Positions 34,593-42,125 are shown, counted from the first letter of the stretch. The stretch: DNA of 42,416 bases from Candidatus Moraniibacteriota bacterium (GCA_030648835.1 JAUSGT010000002.1:155665-198080); one strand, 5' to 3'. Notes: generated by a model from the letters alone, not told the origin. Program-made: numbers and translations.

Positions 34593-34763
34593 CTACTTCT
34601 TCATACCGAGGATCTTGAACATTTTCGTGCCGCAGACGGAGCATACGCCCTTCATGGCGCTGCGACCGTTCTTCATCACGACTTGCTCTGTGTCCTTCAT
34701 TTCTCTCTTTTCCTTGCACTTCATGCAGTGCCCAGTCTCGGCCACGACGATTGCGTCAGCCAT
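34593..34763 (-). CDS. DUF5679-like small zinc-ribbon protein (56 aa, absent from the ORF track)
   Basis: Minus-strand ATG 34763 to TAG 34595-34593. It translates to MADAIVVAETGHCMKCKEKREMKDTEQVVMKNGRSAMKGVCSVCGTKMFKILGMKK. The CxxC..CxxC pattern matches the C.KC...R.M......V.MKNGR.AMKG.C.VCGTKMF family signature. The terminator follows immediately. A TTGATA-16-TATAAT promoter lies upstream on the minus strand (about 34822-34795). Confidence 0.75.
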   Translation of the reverse strand: MADAIVVAETGHCMKCKEKREMKDTEQVVMKNGRSAMKGVCSVCGTKMFKILGMKK

Positions 34764-34850
34764 AGGATTGCTTGTTAGTTAATGGTTATTACTCTCGTAT
34801 TATACACACATTGAAGAAACTATCAACTTTTGTGGCTTGATTCGTGCTTG

Positions 34851-34995
34851 ACCCCGCACCTATTCTGCCGTTTCCTTGGGTGCGGCGCGCGGGCGAATAG
34901 CCCGGTCCTATTCGGACCAGCGTCGCCATTTCAAAGAAGCATAGAATGTATGTAAGCATGAAGTGTTATTAATAATGGCGGAATAGGTGCGGGGT
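34851..34995 (+). repeat. 145-nt element closed by 19-nt inverted repeats with a GC-rich, internally repetitive core
   Basis: ACCCCGCACCTATTCTGCC (34851-34869) pairs with GGCGGAATAGGTGCGGGGT (34977-34995): 18 Watson-Crick pairs plus one T-G pair. The core repeats pieces of the arms (GGGTGCGG, CGAATAG, CCTATTCGG). Confidence 0.7.
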
Positions 34996-35092
34996 TGACC
35001 AAGTCATTCCCCTGTGTTAATCTGTCAAAACTGTTCCAGGGTTATTTTTTTGAGGGTTGCCCAGAAGAGAGGTGACAGGGTATACTAGTTCT

Positions 35093-35413
35093 ATGAAAAT
35101 GCCACTCGAGAATTTGCAGTCCGTTGTTCGTTGCCCGGTATGCAACAAGAAATACCGGATGACCAAGATGCTTGTTTTGGATGAGGACGACAAGCGAACA
35201 ACGCTTCACATCACTTGTGAAGGCTGTGGCGCGGCATCGATGGTCTTTATTTCTCTGGGGCAATTTGGCATAGTCTCCCTGGGACTGTTGACCGATTTGA
35301 AGCAGAATGAAGCGCACCAAGTATTCCAAGGTGAAGCTATTTCCTCGGATCAGGTCATTGAAGCCCACCAATTTTTGAAACAATATACTGGTGGCGTAGA
35401 GGAATTGATATAA
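35093..35413 (+). CDS. hypothetical zinc-ribbon protein
   Basis: 106 aa from ATG 35093, which lies 6 nt after TATACT 35081-35086. Has CPVC..17 aa..CEGC and a hydrophobic central segment. No family recognised. Confidence 0.6.
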   Translation: MKMPLENLQSVVRCPVCNKKYRMTKMLVLDEDDKRTTLHITCEGCGAASMVFISLGQFGIVSLGLLTDLKQNEAHQVFQGEAISSDQVIEAHQFLKQYTGGVEELI

Positions 35414-35435
35414 TTGAAATTTTAAGCATAGCGTT

Positions 35436-36179
35436 ATGGCGGAGTTTACATTACAGGTGAAGATTCGTGAAGAAGCGGGGAAAAATTTGGATACGATGCG
35501 CAAGCTTGGTTCGATTCCGGCGGTGATGTATGGTCATGGTATCAAACCGCAGATGTTTTGGGTGCACTATGTGAATTTTTCTAAGCTGTATGATAAGGCC
35601 GGTGAAAGCAGTATCATCGAGGTGACTCCAGAAAAAGGCAAGACGGTAAATGTGATTGTGAACGATGTTCAGCTTGACCCGCTGACGGATCGCTTTACTC
35701 ATATCGATTTTTTCCAGGTGCGGATGGATGAGAAGTTGGAGGCGCACATCCCGCTCGAATTTGTTGGTGAATCCCCGGCCGTTCGCGAGATGGGAGGTAT
35801 TCTCGTAAAGCCGATAGAAGAAATATTGGTGAGTTGTTTGCCAAAAGACTTGCCGCGTTCTCTTGTTGTGGATCTTTCCGTTTTGCATGAATTTGGCAGT
35901 CACATTCAGATGAAGGACGTAAAAATTCCAGCCGGTGTCACGGTGCTTATCCCGTTTGAGACGGCAATCGCCCTTGTCGAAGCTCCACGTACCGAAGCTG
36001 AAATGGCCGCTTTGGACGAGAAGGTAGAGGGTGATGTCACCAAAGTGGAAGGGGTTGTAAAAGAAGAAGCCTCCACGGGGGACACCGCTGCTGTCGATAC
36101 CGAAAAGAAAGGCGGGAACAAAGAGGAGAAAAAAGCTCCTGCCGCCAAGGAAGCGAAACCTCCCGAAGGCAAGAAGTAA
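35436..36179 (+). CDS. rplY: 50S ribosomal protein L25/general stress protein Ctc (long form)
   Basis: REEAGKNLDTMRKLGSIPAVMYGHG.. and VQLDPLTDRFTHIDF. Two-domain Ctc architecture plus a Lys/Glu/Ala-rich tail. Confidence 0.9.
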   Translation: MAEFTLQVKIREEAGKNLDTMRKLGSIPAVMYGHGIKPQMFWVHYVNFSKLYDKAGESSIIEVTPEKGKTVNVIVNDVQLDPLTDRFTHIDFFQVRMDEKLEAHIPLEFVGESPAVREMGGILVKPIEEILVSCLPKDLPRSLVVDLSVLHEFGSHIQMKDVKIPAGVTVLIPFETAIALVEAPRTEAEMAALDEKVEGDVTKVEGVVKEEASTGDTAAVDTEKKGGNKEEKKAPAAKEAKPPEGKK

Positions 36180-36200
36180 TTTTGCCAGAGAAAATAACAG

Positions 36201-36227
36201 CCGGTCCATATGGGGCCGGTTTTGTTT
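36201..36227 (+). terminator. rho-independent terminator after rplY
   Basis: CCGGTCC-ATATG-GGGCCGG, with one U-G pair, followed by TTTTGTTT. Confidence 0.75.
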
Positions 36228-36298
36228 ACTCTGTGTAATCCGGCTTTGCCGATCCGTCTTTGACGGAATTACACAGGGTGAATTCTATTGTAGGACAC

Positions 36299-36326
36299 TT
36301 GACTTTTTCTTCTTTATTGCTACACT
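36299..36326 (+). promoter_or_regulatory. sigma70-like promoter TTGACT-16-TACACT with no CDS downstream
   Basis: TTGACT 36299-36304 and TACACT 36321-36326. The hexamers and spacing are the same style as the promoter at 203-230. Confidence 0.6.
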
Positions 36327-36332
36327 AAACTG

Positions 36333-36513
36333 TCGTTAAAAAAATGAGTTGTGCCGGTTTCCGGTTTCTATCCGTAGGAGGGAGGAGGGCATCCCTCCTA
36401 GTCATCCTCCCTTGAAATGTATGGAACTCGATTTTTCGAGTCTCTATCGCCTGCGGATGGAAACCCGATATCAGCCACAAAAACAAGACCACCCTTTTGG
36501 TGGTTTTTGTTTT
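36333..36513 (+). ncRNA. candidate ~180-nt small RNA bounded by a promoter and a terminator
   Basis: A 16-bp helix joins 36363-36378 to 36450-36465, with two U-G pairs valid only on the plus strand. An outer 5-bp helix is TTGTG/CACAA. Apical hairpins are AGGAGGG-CAT-CCCTCCT and ACTCGA-TTTT-TCGAGT. The terminator is ACCACC-CTTTT-GGTGGT plus T-run (36488-36513). Confidence 0.55.
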
Positions 36514-36561
36514 ACGTATGTAGAGAAACCGCCAAAAAATTCTTTTATACGGTGGACATAA

Positions 36562-36713
36562 AGCCTCCCGTAGCAAGAATCTTCCCGGGAGAGTTGAAGT
36601 TTTTTTGAGCACGGTGCCGTCTCTTCAGAGACGGATCAAAAAAAGTTCATAAGAGAAGTCCGACGCTGGTCGGACGAACGGCCCCCGGGGAGGTTGCTTG
36701 CAAGGGAGGATAA
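36562..36713 (+). ncRNA. candidate structured RNA, copy B (inverted homologue of 14781-14930)
   Basis: Helices are P1 36564-36569/36704-36709 and P1b-P2 36573-36589/36684-36701. P3 is 36596-36608/36636-36648, P4 36617-36634 and P5 36658-36675. Covariation with copy A is described in findings. Confidence 0.6.
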
Positions 36714-36735
36714 TGAAGCGGGACGGAAACCTTTT

Positions 36736-37281
36736 TTATGTGTCTAGCCGATGCAGAATTTTTTCTTTGACTTGCGGAAAAAGTTTTTGGAGCGCTGTAA
36801 GTTCCTCAGGAGAGAAATTTTGCAGAACAAAATCATGGGCGGAAATACAGGCGCCAGGATCACCAGCGGGATGACCGATGCCGAGGCGAATGCGGAAGAA
36901 ATCCTGAGTTCCGAGCTTGCCGATAATATCTTGGACACCGTTGTGTCCGGCGCTTCGTGAAGAGAGAGTCGTTTTGAAAGTTCCCGGAGCGATATCCAAA
37001 TCGTCATGAATAACGATGATGTCCTGGGGCAAGAGCTTGTAGAAGTTGATAAGTGTTTGTACCGCAGTGCCGGAAGCATTCATGAAGGTGTCCGGTTTCA
37101 CAAGAAGCACTTTTCCTTTGCCAATTGTGCCGGAACTCAAACTGGCTGACATTTTTTTGTCCGGAGTGAAAGCCGCAAACCCCCATTCTTTTTGTAGGAA
37201 GTCCGCGCACAAAAACCCCGCGTTGTGGCGATTATGTGCATATTGTGGACCTGGGTTTCCTAAACCGATAATGATCTTCAT
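36736..37281 (-). CDS. pth: peptidyl-tRNA hydrolase
   Basis: MKIIIGLGNPGPQYAHNRHNAGF.., ..HDDLD.. and ..GHNG. are canonical Pth motifs. Confidence 0.93.
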   Translation of the reverse strand: MKIIIGLGNPGPQYAHNRHNAGFLCADFLQKEWGFAAFTPDKKMSASLSSGTIGKGKVLLVKPDTFMNASGTAVQTLINFYKLLPQDIIVIHDDLDIAPGTFKTTLSSRSAGHNGVQDIIGKLGTQDFFRIRLGIGHPAGDPGACISAHDFVLQNFSPEELTALQKLFPQVKEKILHRLDT

Positions 37282-37403
37282 AGGGCGTTTTATAGAAATT
37301 TCTAATTTCTAATACCTAATTTCTAACAAAAATCTCAATGTCAAAGTTTGAAAATTAAGTTATTAGGTATTCATTAGATATTAGGAATTAGTTATTAGAT
37401 ATT

Positions 37404-38981
37404 TTACCTCCGTGGTTGTGGCGGGAGGACTTCCGGGAAGGCCGTATCATCCGCAGTTACTCCGGAAGTATCTTCTTCGAATGAGAGCATATCCGCCAGG
37501 TCGCTACCGATGACGACGACAAAGTCGGAAGTTATTTTGGGCGGTAAAGAGAAAGAGAACGCATCTGTTTTTTTGAGAGAAAACTTCTTGATGAGTTCGT
37601 CGAGACTGAAGGGTTTTTGCAATCCGTTTCTGTCCATAATCATACTCTCATCCGGTCGGTTTTCCAAAGGTTTCATAGAGACAAGAGAAACTTCGAGAAA
37701 CCCCATCCCCTCCGTCGCCAGCCGTTTCATTCTTTGAGCCACAGTGGTGTCTTTCGGCAGAGAGAGGATGGTGAGTGTCGACTTTTCGTTTGTGATGTGG
37801 TTTTGCCTTGCCGCAAGCTCGTCAAGACGGAAGATATTTTCACTCAAGTCACGAACTTCACTCCAGTTGCCGACGCGCGGTACGAGGATGAATGCGGCAA
37901 TGGGGCCCACCTGGACGTGTGAGACGCTGAGCAGGCTGTTTTTTTTCCACGCGTCAACGATTATCGATGTGACATTCTCGGTGTCGAGAGATTTGGTGAG
38001 CTGAAGGAATGCCGCCATGTCGTCTAAGGGCATATCGGTTCTGACATTCTCGCCCAGTGTATCGAGCAAATCATTTACGGCAAATACATTGAGGAATGTC
38101 TCGAGAGAGAACGCTTTGTCTTTGATAGCCTGAATAACTTGCTGCTGCCGTTTGGCACGACCAAAATCTCCCTCGGGGTCGTTGTGCCGTTCGCGGACAT
38201 ATTTGAGCGCGGTGGCGCCATCGAGTGTTTGCCAGCCTTTCTTGATCTCAAAGGTTTCATAGCTGTAGTTTTTTCCGGGATAGCGCGGATCGGAAAAATC
38301 TCGGACGACGTCGACTGAGATCCCATGGAGGACATCAACCATTTTTTCAAAGCCGTCGAAATCGAGAATAAAAAAATAGTCGATGGTTTGTCCGGTGATG
38401 GTTTCTATGGATGAGCGCAAAGGCCCGGCATCCTGTTTCTGGCTGAGCCCGTATTGGTAGAGAGAGTTGATTCTCGTGGAGAGACCGGTATCAGGAATGG
38501 GCACATACAAGTCGCGAGGGAAAGAAAGGAGAGCCACCTTTTTGTTTATTGTATCGATGCTCATTATCATCACGGTGTCCGTCAAGTTTTTTCCGGGATA
38601 GTGTTCGCCGGCTCGTCCGAGGAGAAGAATGTTGATGCGTCCCTTCTCTTCACCGCGGAGGGGTGGACGCTTTGTCCCAACGAATGAAAAAGCCAAGCGT
38701 TTTATATCGGAGAGAAATGATGCTCGGGGATTGTTTTGGAGTTGGATGTTGTGGCCGAGAGAAACGCCTTTGGAAAGGAAGAAGAGAGTAATGCCGAGAA
38801 CGACAAGGAGAAATATGCCGGAAAGTGTCAAAAATATTTTTCGCCAGAGGTGTGTTGATTGGGGTTTTCTCGGGGGGAAGGTAAAAGTATCCGAGGAAGA
38901 AGAAAAACGCAGAGGTTGCTCTGCTTGATATTTTTGGGGAGAAATGGATTTTGGCGGCACCGATTTACGGAAACTATCCAT
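37404..38981 (-). CDS. LytR-CpsA-Psr (LCP) family cell-wall glycopolymer ligase-like protein
   Basis: N-terminal TM. INILLLGRAG....NLTDTVMIMSID...KVALLSFPRDLYVPIP, ..INSLYQYG.. and ..ALKYVRERH.D..GDFGRAKRQQQV are LCP signatures. The C-terminal accessory domain is long. Confidence 0.85.
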   Translation of the reverse strand: MDSFRKSVPPKSISPQKYQAEQPLRFSSSSDTFTFPPRKPQSTHLWRKIFLTLSGIFLLVVLGITLFFLSKGVSLGHNIQLQNNPRASFLSDIKRLAFSFVGTKRPPLRGEEKGRINILLLGRAGEHYPGKNLTDTVMIMSIDTINKKVALLSFPRDLYVPIPDTGLSTRINSLYQYGLSQKQDAGPLRSSIETITGQTIDYFFILDFDGFEKMVDVLHGISVDVVRDFSDPRYPGKNYSYETFEIKKGWQTLDGATALKYVRERHNDPEGDFGRAKRQQQVIQAIKDKAFSLETFLNVFAVNDLLDTLGENVRTDMPLDDMAAFLQLTKSLDTENVTSIIVDAWKKNSLLSVSHVQVGPIAAFILVPRVGNWSEVRDLSENIFRLDELAARQNHITNEKSTLTILSLPKDTTVAQRMKRLATEGMGFLEVSLVSMKPLENRPDESMIMDRNGLQKPFSLDELIKKFSLKKTDAFSFSLPPKITSDFVVVIGSDLADMLSFEEDTSGVTADDTAFPEVLPPQPRR

Positions 38982-39021
38982 AGAGGAATGAATTTTATCT
39001 ATTCTAAGCGGTTTCTGACCC

Positions 39022-39050
39022 TTGCTAAGGAGGGAAAAATCTGTTAGAAT
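39022..39050 (+). promoter_or_regulatory. promoter TTGCTA-17-TAGAAT with TGn extension
   Basis: TTGCTA 39022-39027 and TGTTAGAAT 39042-39050, upstream of lepB. Confidence 0.55.
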
Positions 39051-39110
39051 ATCAATGTTTTTTACTTTTTATCGAGTTTTTTCCATCAGAAAAGCAGGGC
39101 GAATATTGGT

Positions 39111-39746
39111 ATGTCAGAATATAAGGGGATTTCGGAAAAACCTAAAGAAACAGAAATTGAGTACCTGGGCATCGGTGGTCTGCTTTTGGAAATGGTCAAA
39201 GTCTTCCTTCTGGCAGTTGTCATCATTATACCTGTCCGGGTCTTTTTGTTCCAGCCGTTTTTTGTGCAGGGATCAAGCATGGAACCGAACTTCGAGGATG
39301 GACAGTATCTGGTGGTGAGTGAATTTGGGTACAAAGAAACGGCCCTGGATGTGACAGATCGTTTTCATTTTACGGTGAGCCCTTTCAAAGCTATCAATCG
39401 TCAGGATGTGATCGTCTTTCGCTACCCAAAGAATCCTGAGCAATTTTTTATCAAGCGAGTCATCGGGTTGTCGGGAGAGGCGGTAGAAATCCGTCAAGGG
39501 AAAGTGATTATTTATAATGAGGGACACCCGGATGGGACCGGGCTGGACGAAAGCGCCTATCTCGGAAAAGGAACTCTTACTCAAGATATGGCAAAAGTGA
39601 CACTCCGTGGGGATGAATATTTTGTGATGGGTGACAATCGGATGTTCAGTTACGATTCGCGGGCGTTTGGTCCATTGAAGAAAGACAAAGTGATCGGTCG
39701 AGTGCTCATGCGCGCCTGGCCTGTGGAACGGTTCTCACTCTACTAA
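39111..39746 (+). CDS. lepB: signal peptidase I
   Basis: TM, then VQGSSMEPNF (catalytic Ser), FIKRVIGLSGE (catalytic Lys) and GDNRMFSYDSRAFGP. Confidence 0.92.
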   Translation: MSEYKGISEKPKETEIEYLGIGGLLLEMVKVFLLAVVIIIPVRVFLFQPFFVQGSSMEPNFEDGQYLVVSEFGYKETALDVTDRFHFTVSPFKAINRQDVIVFRYPKNPEQFFIKRVIGLSGEAVEIRQGKVIIYNEGHPDGTGLDESAYLGKGTLTQDMAKVTLRGDEYFVMGDNRMFSYDSRAFGPLKKDKVIGRVLMRAWPVERFSLY

Positions 39747-39777
39747 TAATTGATTATTTTTTTAAGGTTTCACAGTT

Positions 39778-41193
39778 ATGGCACAGAAAAAAGTTTTTCA
39801 TGGCGCGAAAAAGTCCGGTGAGAAAAAAGGAAACGATAAAAAATCGGTTGCGAAAAAAAATATCGCCGTCAAGAAAGCTCCCGCCCCAAGCGTGAATCAG
39901 GAAGAGATGTTGCTTCAGACGTTGCGCGGTATGCGTGATATTTTGCCGGACGAGCAACCGTACTGGGAGCGGGTGAGGAAGGCTCTCGCGCACGCATCGC
40001 AAGAATATGGTTTTCGCCGAATTGATTTGCCGACAGTCGAATACGCGCATTTGTATCTCAGAACAGTCGGAGAGGGGACAGATATCGTCGATAAAGAGCT
40101 CTATTTGTTCAATACTCGCGGTGGTGATCGTGTCGCTCTGCGCCCGGAAATGACTGCCGGTCTGTGTCGGGCGTATATCGAACATGGTATGGGAGTTCTC
40201 TCAAAACCGATTAAACTTTTTTCCATTGGGCCGGTTTTCCGTTATGATCGTCCACAAGAAGGGCGGTATCGGGAACACTGGCAAGCGAATTTTGATATGT
40301 TCGGAGAGAATGACCCGATTCTTGATGCCCAGACGATCCAGTTGGCGTATCGCGTGGTCCAGCAACTCGGTTTGAAGAACATCGAATTTCAAGTGAACAG
40401 TATCGGTACGCCGGAATCGCGCCGCGAATATGAAAAGGCGCTGACCCGTTACTTGGAAGCGCAGAAAAATAAGTTGTGTCAGAATTGCCGAGAACGGTTG
40501 GTAAGGAACCCGATGCGCATTCTCGATTGCAAGGAGGACAAATGCATCCAGTTGACTTTCCACGCGCCACAGTCGCTTGATTACCTCGACTTGGAATCAC
40601 GCGATCACTTCAAACACCTTCTCGAATATTTGGATGAACTCGAATTGCCGTATACGATCAATACGCGTTTGGTGCGTGGGTTGGACTATTATACGAAAAC
40701 GGTTTTTGAGATTCGTTCTACGGATAAAGACGGCAAGAATTACTCGCTTGGCGGCGGCGGTCGTTATGACCGCTTGATCGAATCGCTTGGTGGCGAGGCG
40801 ACTCCGGCTATCGGATTCGCTCTGGGGTTGGATCGTATCGTGCTTGAGATGAAGCGGACCCAAGTAAAGCCCTATCAGGAAGCCCGCCCGCGCGTTTTTT
40901 TGGCGCAGCTCGGCGATATGGCCAAGAAGAAGAGTTTGAAGTTATTTTCGGAGTTGGAAAAAAACGGGATTCTCATTGCGGAAAGTTTTGGGCGGGGGAG
41001 TTTGAAATCGCAGCTCCGCGTAGCCAATCGTCTCGGTGTGGAAGTGACGATCATCATCGGGCAAAAGGAAGCCCTCGATGATACGGCTATCGTCAAGGAT
41101 ATGGTGTCGGGGACGCAGGAGACTGTTACTCACGAGAGGCTGGTGGATGCTGCCAAGAAAATTCTCAAAACCAATCAAGATTTGAGAGTGTAA
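39778..41193 (+). CDS. hisS: histidyl-tRNA synthetase with a Lys-rich N-terminal extension
   Basis: GMRDILP.., RIDLPTVE.., [12 protein letters not shown].., [22 protein letters not shown].. and GGGGRYD. with a C-terminal anticodon-binding domain. The first ~40 aa are KK/AK-rich. Confidence 0.93.
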   Translation: MAQKKVFHGAKKSGEKKGNDKKSVAKKNIAVKKAPAPSVNQEEMLLQTLRGMRDILPDEQPYWERVRKALAHASQEYGFRRIDLPTVEYAHLYLRTVGEGTDIVDKELYLFNTRGGDRVALRPEMTAGLCRAYIEHGMGVLSKPIKLFSIGPVFRYDRPQEGRYREHWQANFDMFGENDPILDAQTIQLAYRVVQQLGLKNIEFQVNSIGTPESRREYEKALTRYLEAQKNKLCQNCRERLVRNPMRILDCKEDKCIQLTFHAPQSLDYLDLESRDHFKHLLEYLDELELPYTINTRLVRGLDYYTKTVFEIRSTDKDGKNYSLGGGGRYDRLIESLGGEATPAIGFALGLDRIVLEMKRTQVKPYQEARPRVFLAQLGDMAKKKSLKLFSELEKNGILIAESFGRGSLKSQLRVANRLGVEVTIIIGQKEALDDTAIVKDMVSGTQETVTHERLVDAAKKILKTNQDLRV

Positions 41194-41292
41194 ACGAGCT
41201 TGTAGCTTCTTAGTTGGTAGCTTGTAGCAAGAAGTAAGAGCTTGCGAAAAAAGTTAAGAAGCTAAATAGCTAATAAGCTAAAAAGCTAGAAC

Positions 41293-41646
41293 ATGGAAGA
41301 CAATATTTTTCTCAAAATTATTCGTAAAGAGATACCGGCTGATATCGTTTATGAGGATGAGGAGATACTGGCGTTTCGCGATATCCACCCGATTGCTCCC
41401 GTGCACATCCTCATTATCCCCAAAAAATCGATCGAGAGTATTGCGCGTATGGAGACGGAGGATGTGCCGCTTATTGGAAAAATGTTTCTTGTGGCGCGGG
41501 GTATTGCGAGAGACTTGAATATTTCCGAAAAAGGGTATAAACTGCTTATCCGGGTTGGGAAAGATGGTGGTCAGGAAGTGCCGCATTTGCATCTGCATCT
41601 TCTCGGGGGCGCTAGGTTATCAGAAAATATCCACCCTGTGAAATAG
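41293..41646 (+). CDS. HIT family (HinT-like) nucleotide hydrolase
   Basis: IFLKIIRKEIPADIVYEDE..LAFRDI.P.APVHILIIPK and the histidine triad HLHLHLLGG. Confidence 0.9.
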   Translation: MEDNIFLKIIRKEIPADIVYEDEEILAFRDIHPIAPVHILIIPKKSIESIARMETEDVPLIGKMFLVARGIARDLNISEKGYKLLIRVGKDGGQEVPHLHLHLLGGARLSENIHPVK

Positions 41647-41652
41647 CGTGTT

Positions 41653-41706
41653 GTCATTCCGAGTGTAGCGAGGAATCTCGGGATCCTTCGTTTCACTCAG
41701 GATGAC
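41653..41706 (+). other. 54-nt imperfect palindrome (RNA hairpin) between the HIT gene and rpsU
   Basis: GTCATTCCGAGTGTAGCGAGGAATC-TCGG-GATCCTTCGTTTCACTCAGGATGAC. Of 25 positions, 22 pair, and 3 of those are G-U pairs that exist only on the plus strand. Confidence 0.65.
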
Positions 41707-41749
41707 ACTTGCTTGTTATCTTGTATCCATAGGAAAGGAGGTCGTTTGT

Positions 41750-41998
41750 ATGATTCAAGTAAAGAGAAAAGAGAAAGAAACCGCTGAAAGCCTCATTCGG
41801 CGTTTTTCGCGCCGCGTGCAACAGAGCGGCGTCTTGAGACAAGTGCGTAAACAGCGCTTTCACGTGGAAGAGCAGAGTCGCGAAAAGCGTCGTGCCGAAG
41901 CGCTCTATAAAGTGAAAATCCGCAAGGAAATCAACCGTCTCAAGAAACTTGGGAAATTTGACGAAGACGCTCTTCGCGATATAAAGAAAAGAATGTAA
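41750..41998 (+). CDS. rpsU: 30S ribosomal protein S21
   Basis: MIQVKRKEKETAESLIRRFSRRVQQSGVLRQVRKQRFHVEEQSREKRRAE is the S21 signature. The SD AAGGAGG 41735-41741 lies 8 nt before ATG 41750. The track's 41702 start runs through the hairpin. Confidence 0.9.
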   Translation: MIQVKRKEKETAESLIRRFSRRVQQSGVLRQVRKQRFHVEEQSREKRRAEALYKVKIRKEINRLKKLGKFDEDALRDIKKRM

Positions 41999-42020
41999 AA
42001 GTTTTTTACGAACGAGACAC

Positions 42021-42056
42021 AAAAACCATCTTGATGTATAGGATGGTTTTTTGTTT
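42021..42056 (+). terminator. rho-independent terminator after rpsU
   Basis: AAAAACCATC-TTGATGTATAG-GATGGTTTTT followed by TGTTTGTTT. Confidence 0.8.
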
Positions 42057-42125
42057 GTTTGGGTTTGTATTTCAGTCGGACTTTGGTATGATAGAGAAGA
42101 GTTAAATCCATTATGTAGGAACGGT

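Noticed and set aside
34309-34782. ORF-track entries 34528-34782 (+, 84 aa) and 34309-34719 (-, 136 aa).
   Set aside because: Both cross the bidirectional terminator and overlap the much better supported 56-aa DUF5679 gene (34593-34763, minus strand) or the gyrB 3' end in the wrong frame.
34930-34960. dif/XerCD-like site (GCATAGAATGTATGTAAGCATG) near the ftsK region.
   Set aside because: The flanking arms are not mutually palindromic as in dif (GGTGCGCATAA-TGTATA-TTATGTTAAAT). Only the central TGTAT resembles it.
36325-36612. 95-aa minus-strand ORF, and the short conserved peptide MLKKTSTLPGRFLLR encoded by both copies of the repeated element (ATG 14879 in copy A, GTG in copy B).
   Set aside because: No SD precedes either start. 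In copy A the frame stops after 18 codons, while in copy B it runs on through a terminator hairpin. The shared residues coincide with helices P1-P2, so the conservation is explained by the RNA structure. Ribosome profiling could reopen the question.
36654-36664. RNase P-like GAAGTCCG string in copy B, and GAGAAAGTCCG at 29673-29683.
   Set aside because: The copy B string is part of hairpin P5 and is replaced by a covarying sequence in copy A. Neither locus has the partner ACAGAA..CGGCUUA block or the length expected of RNase P RNA.
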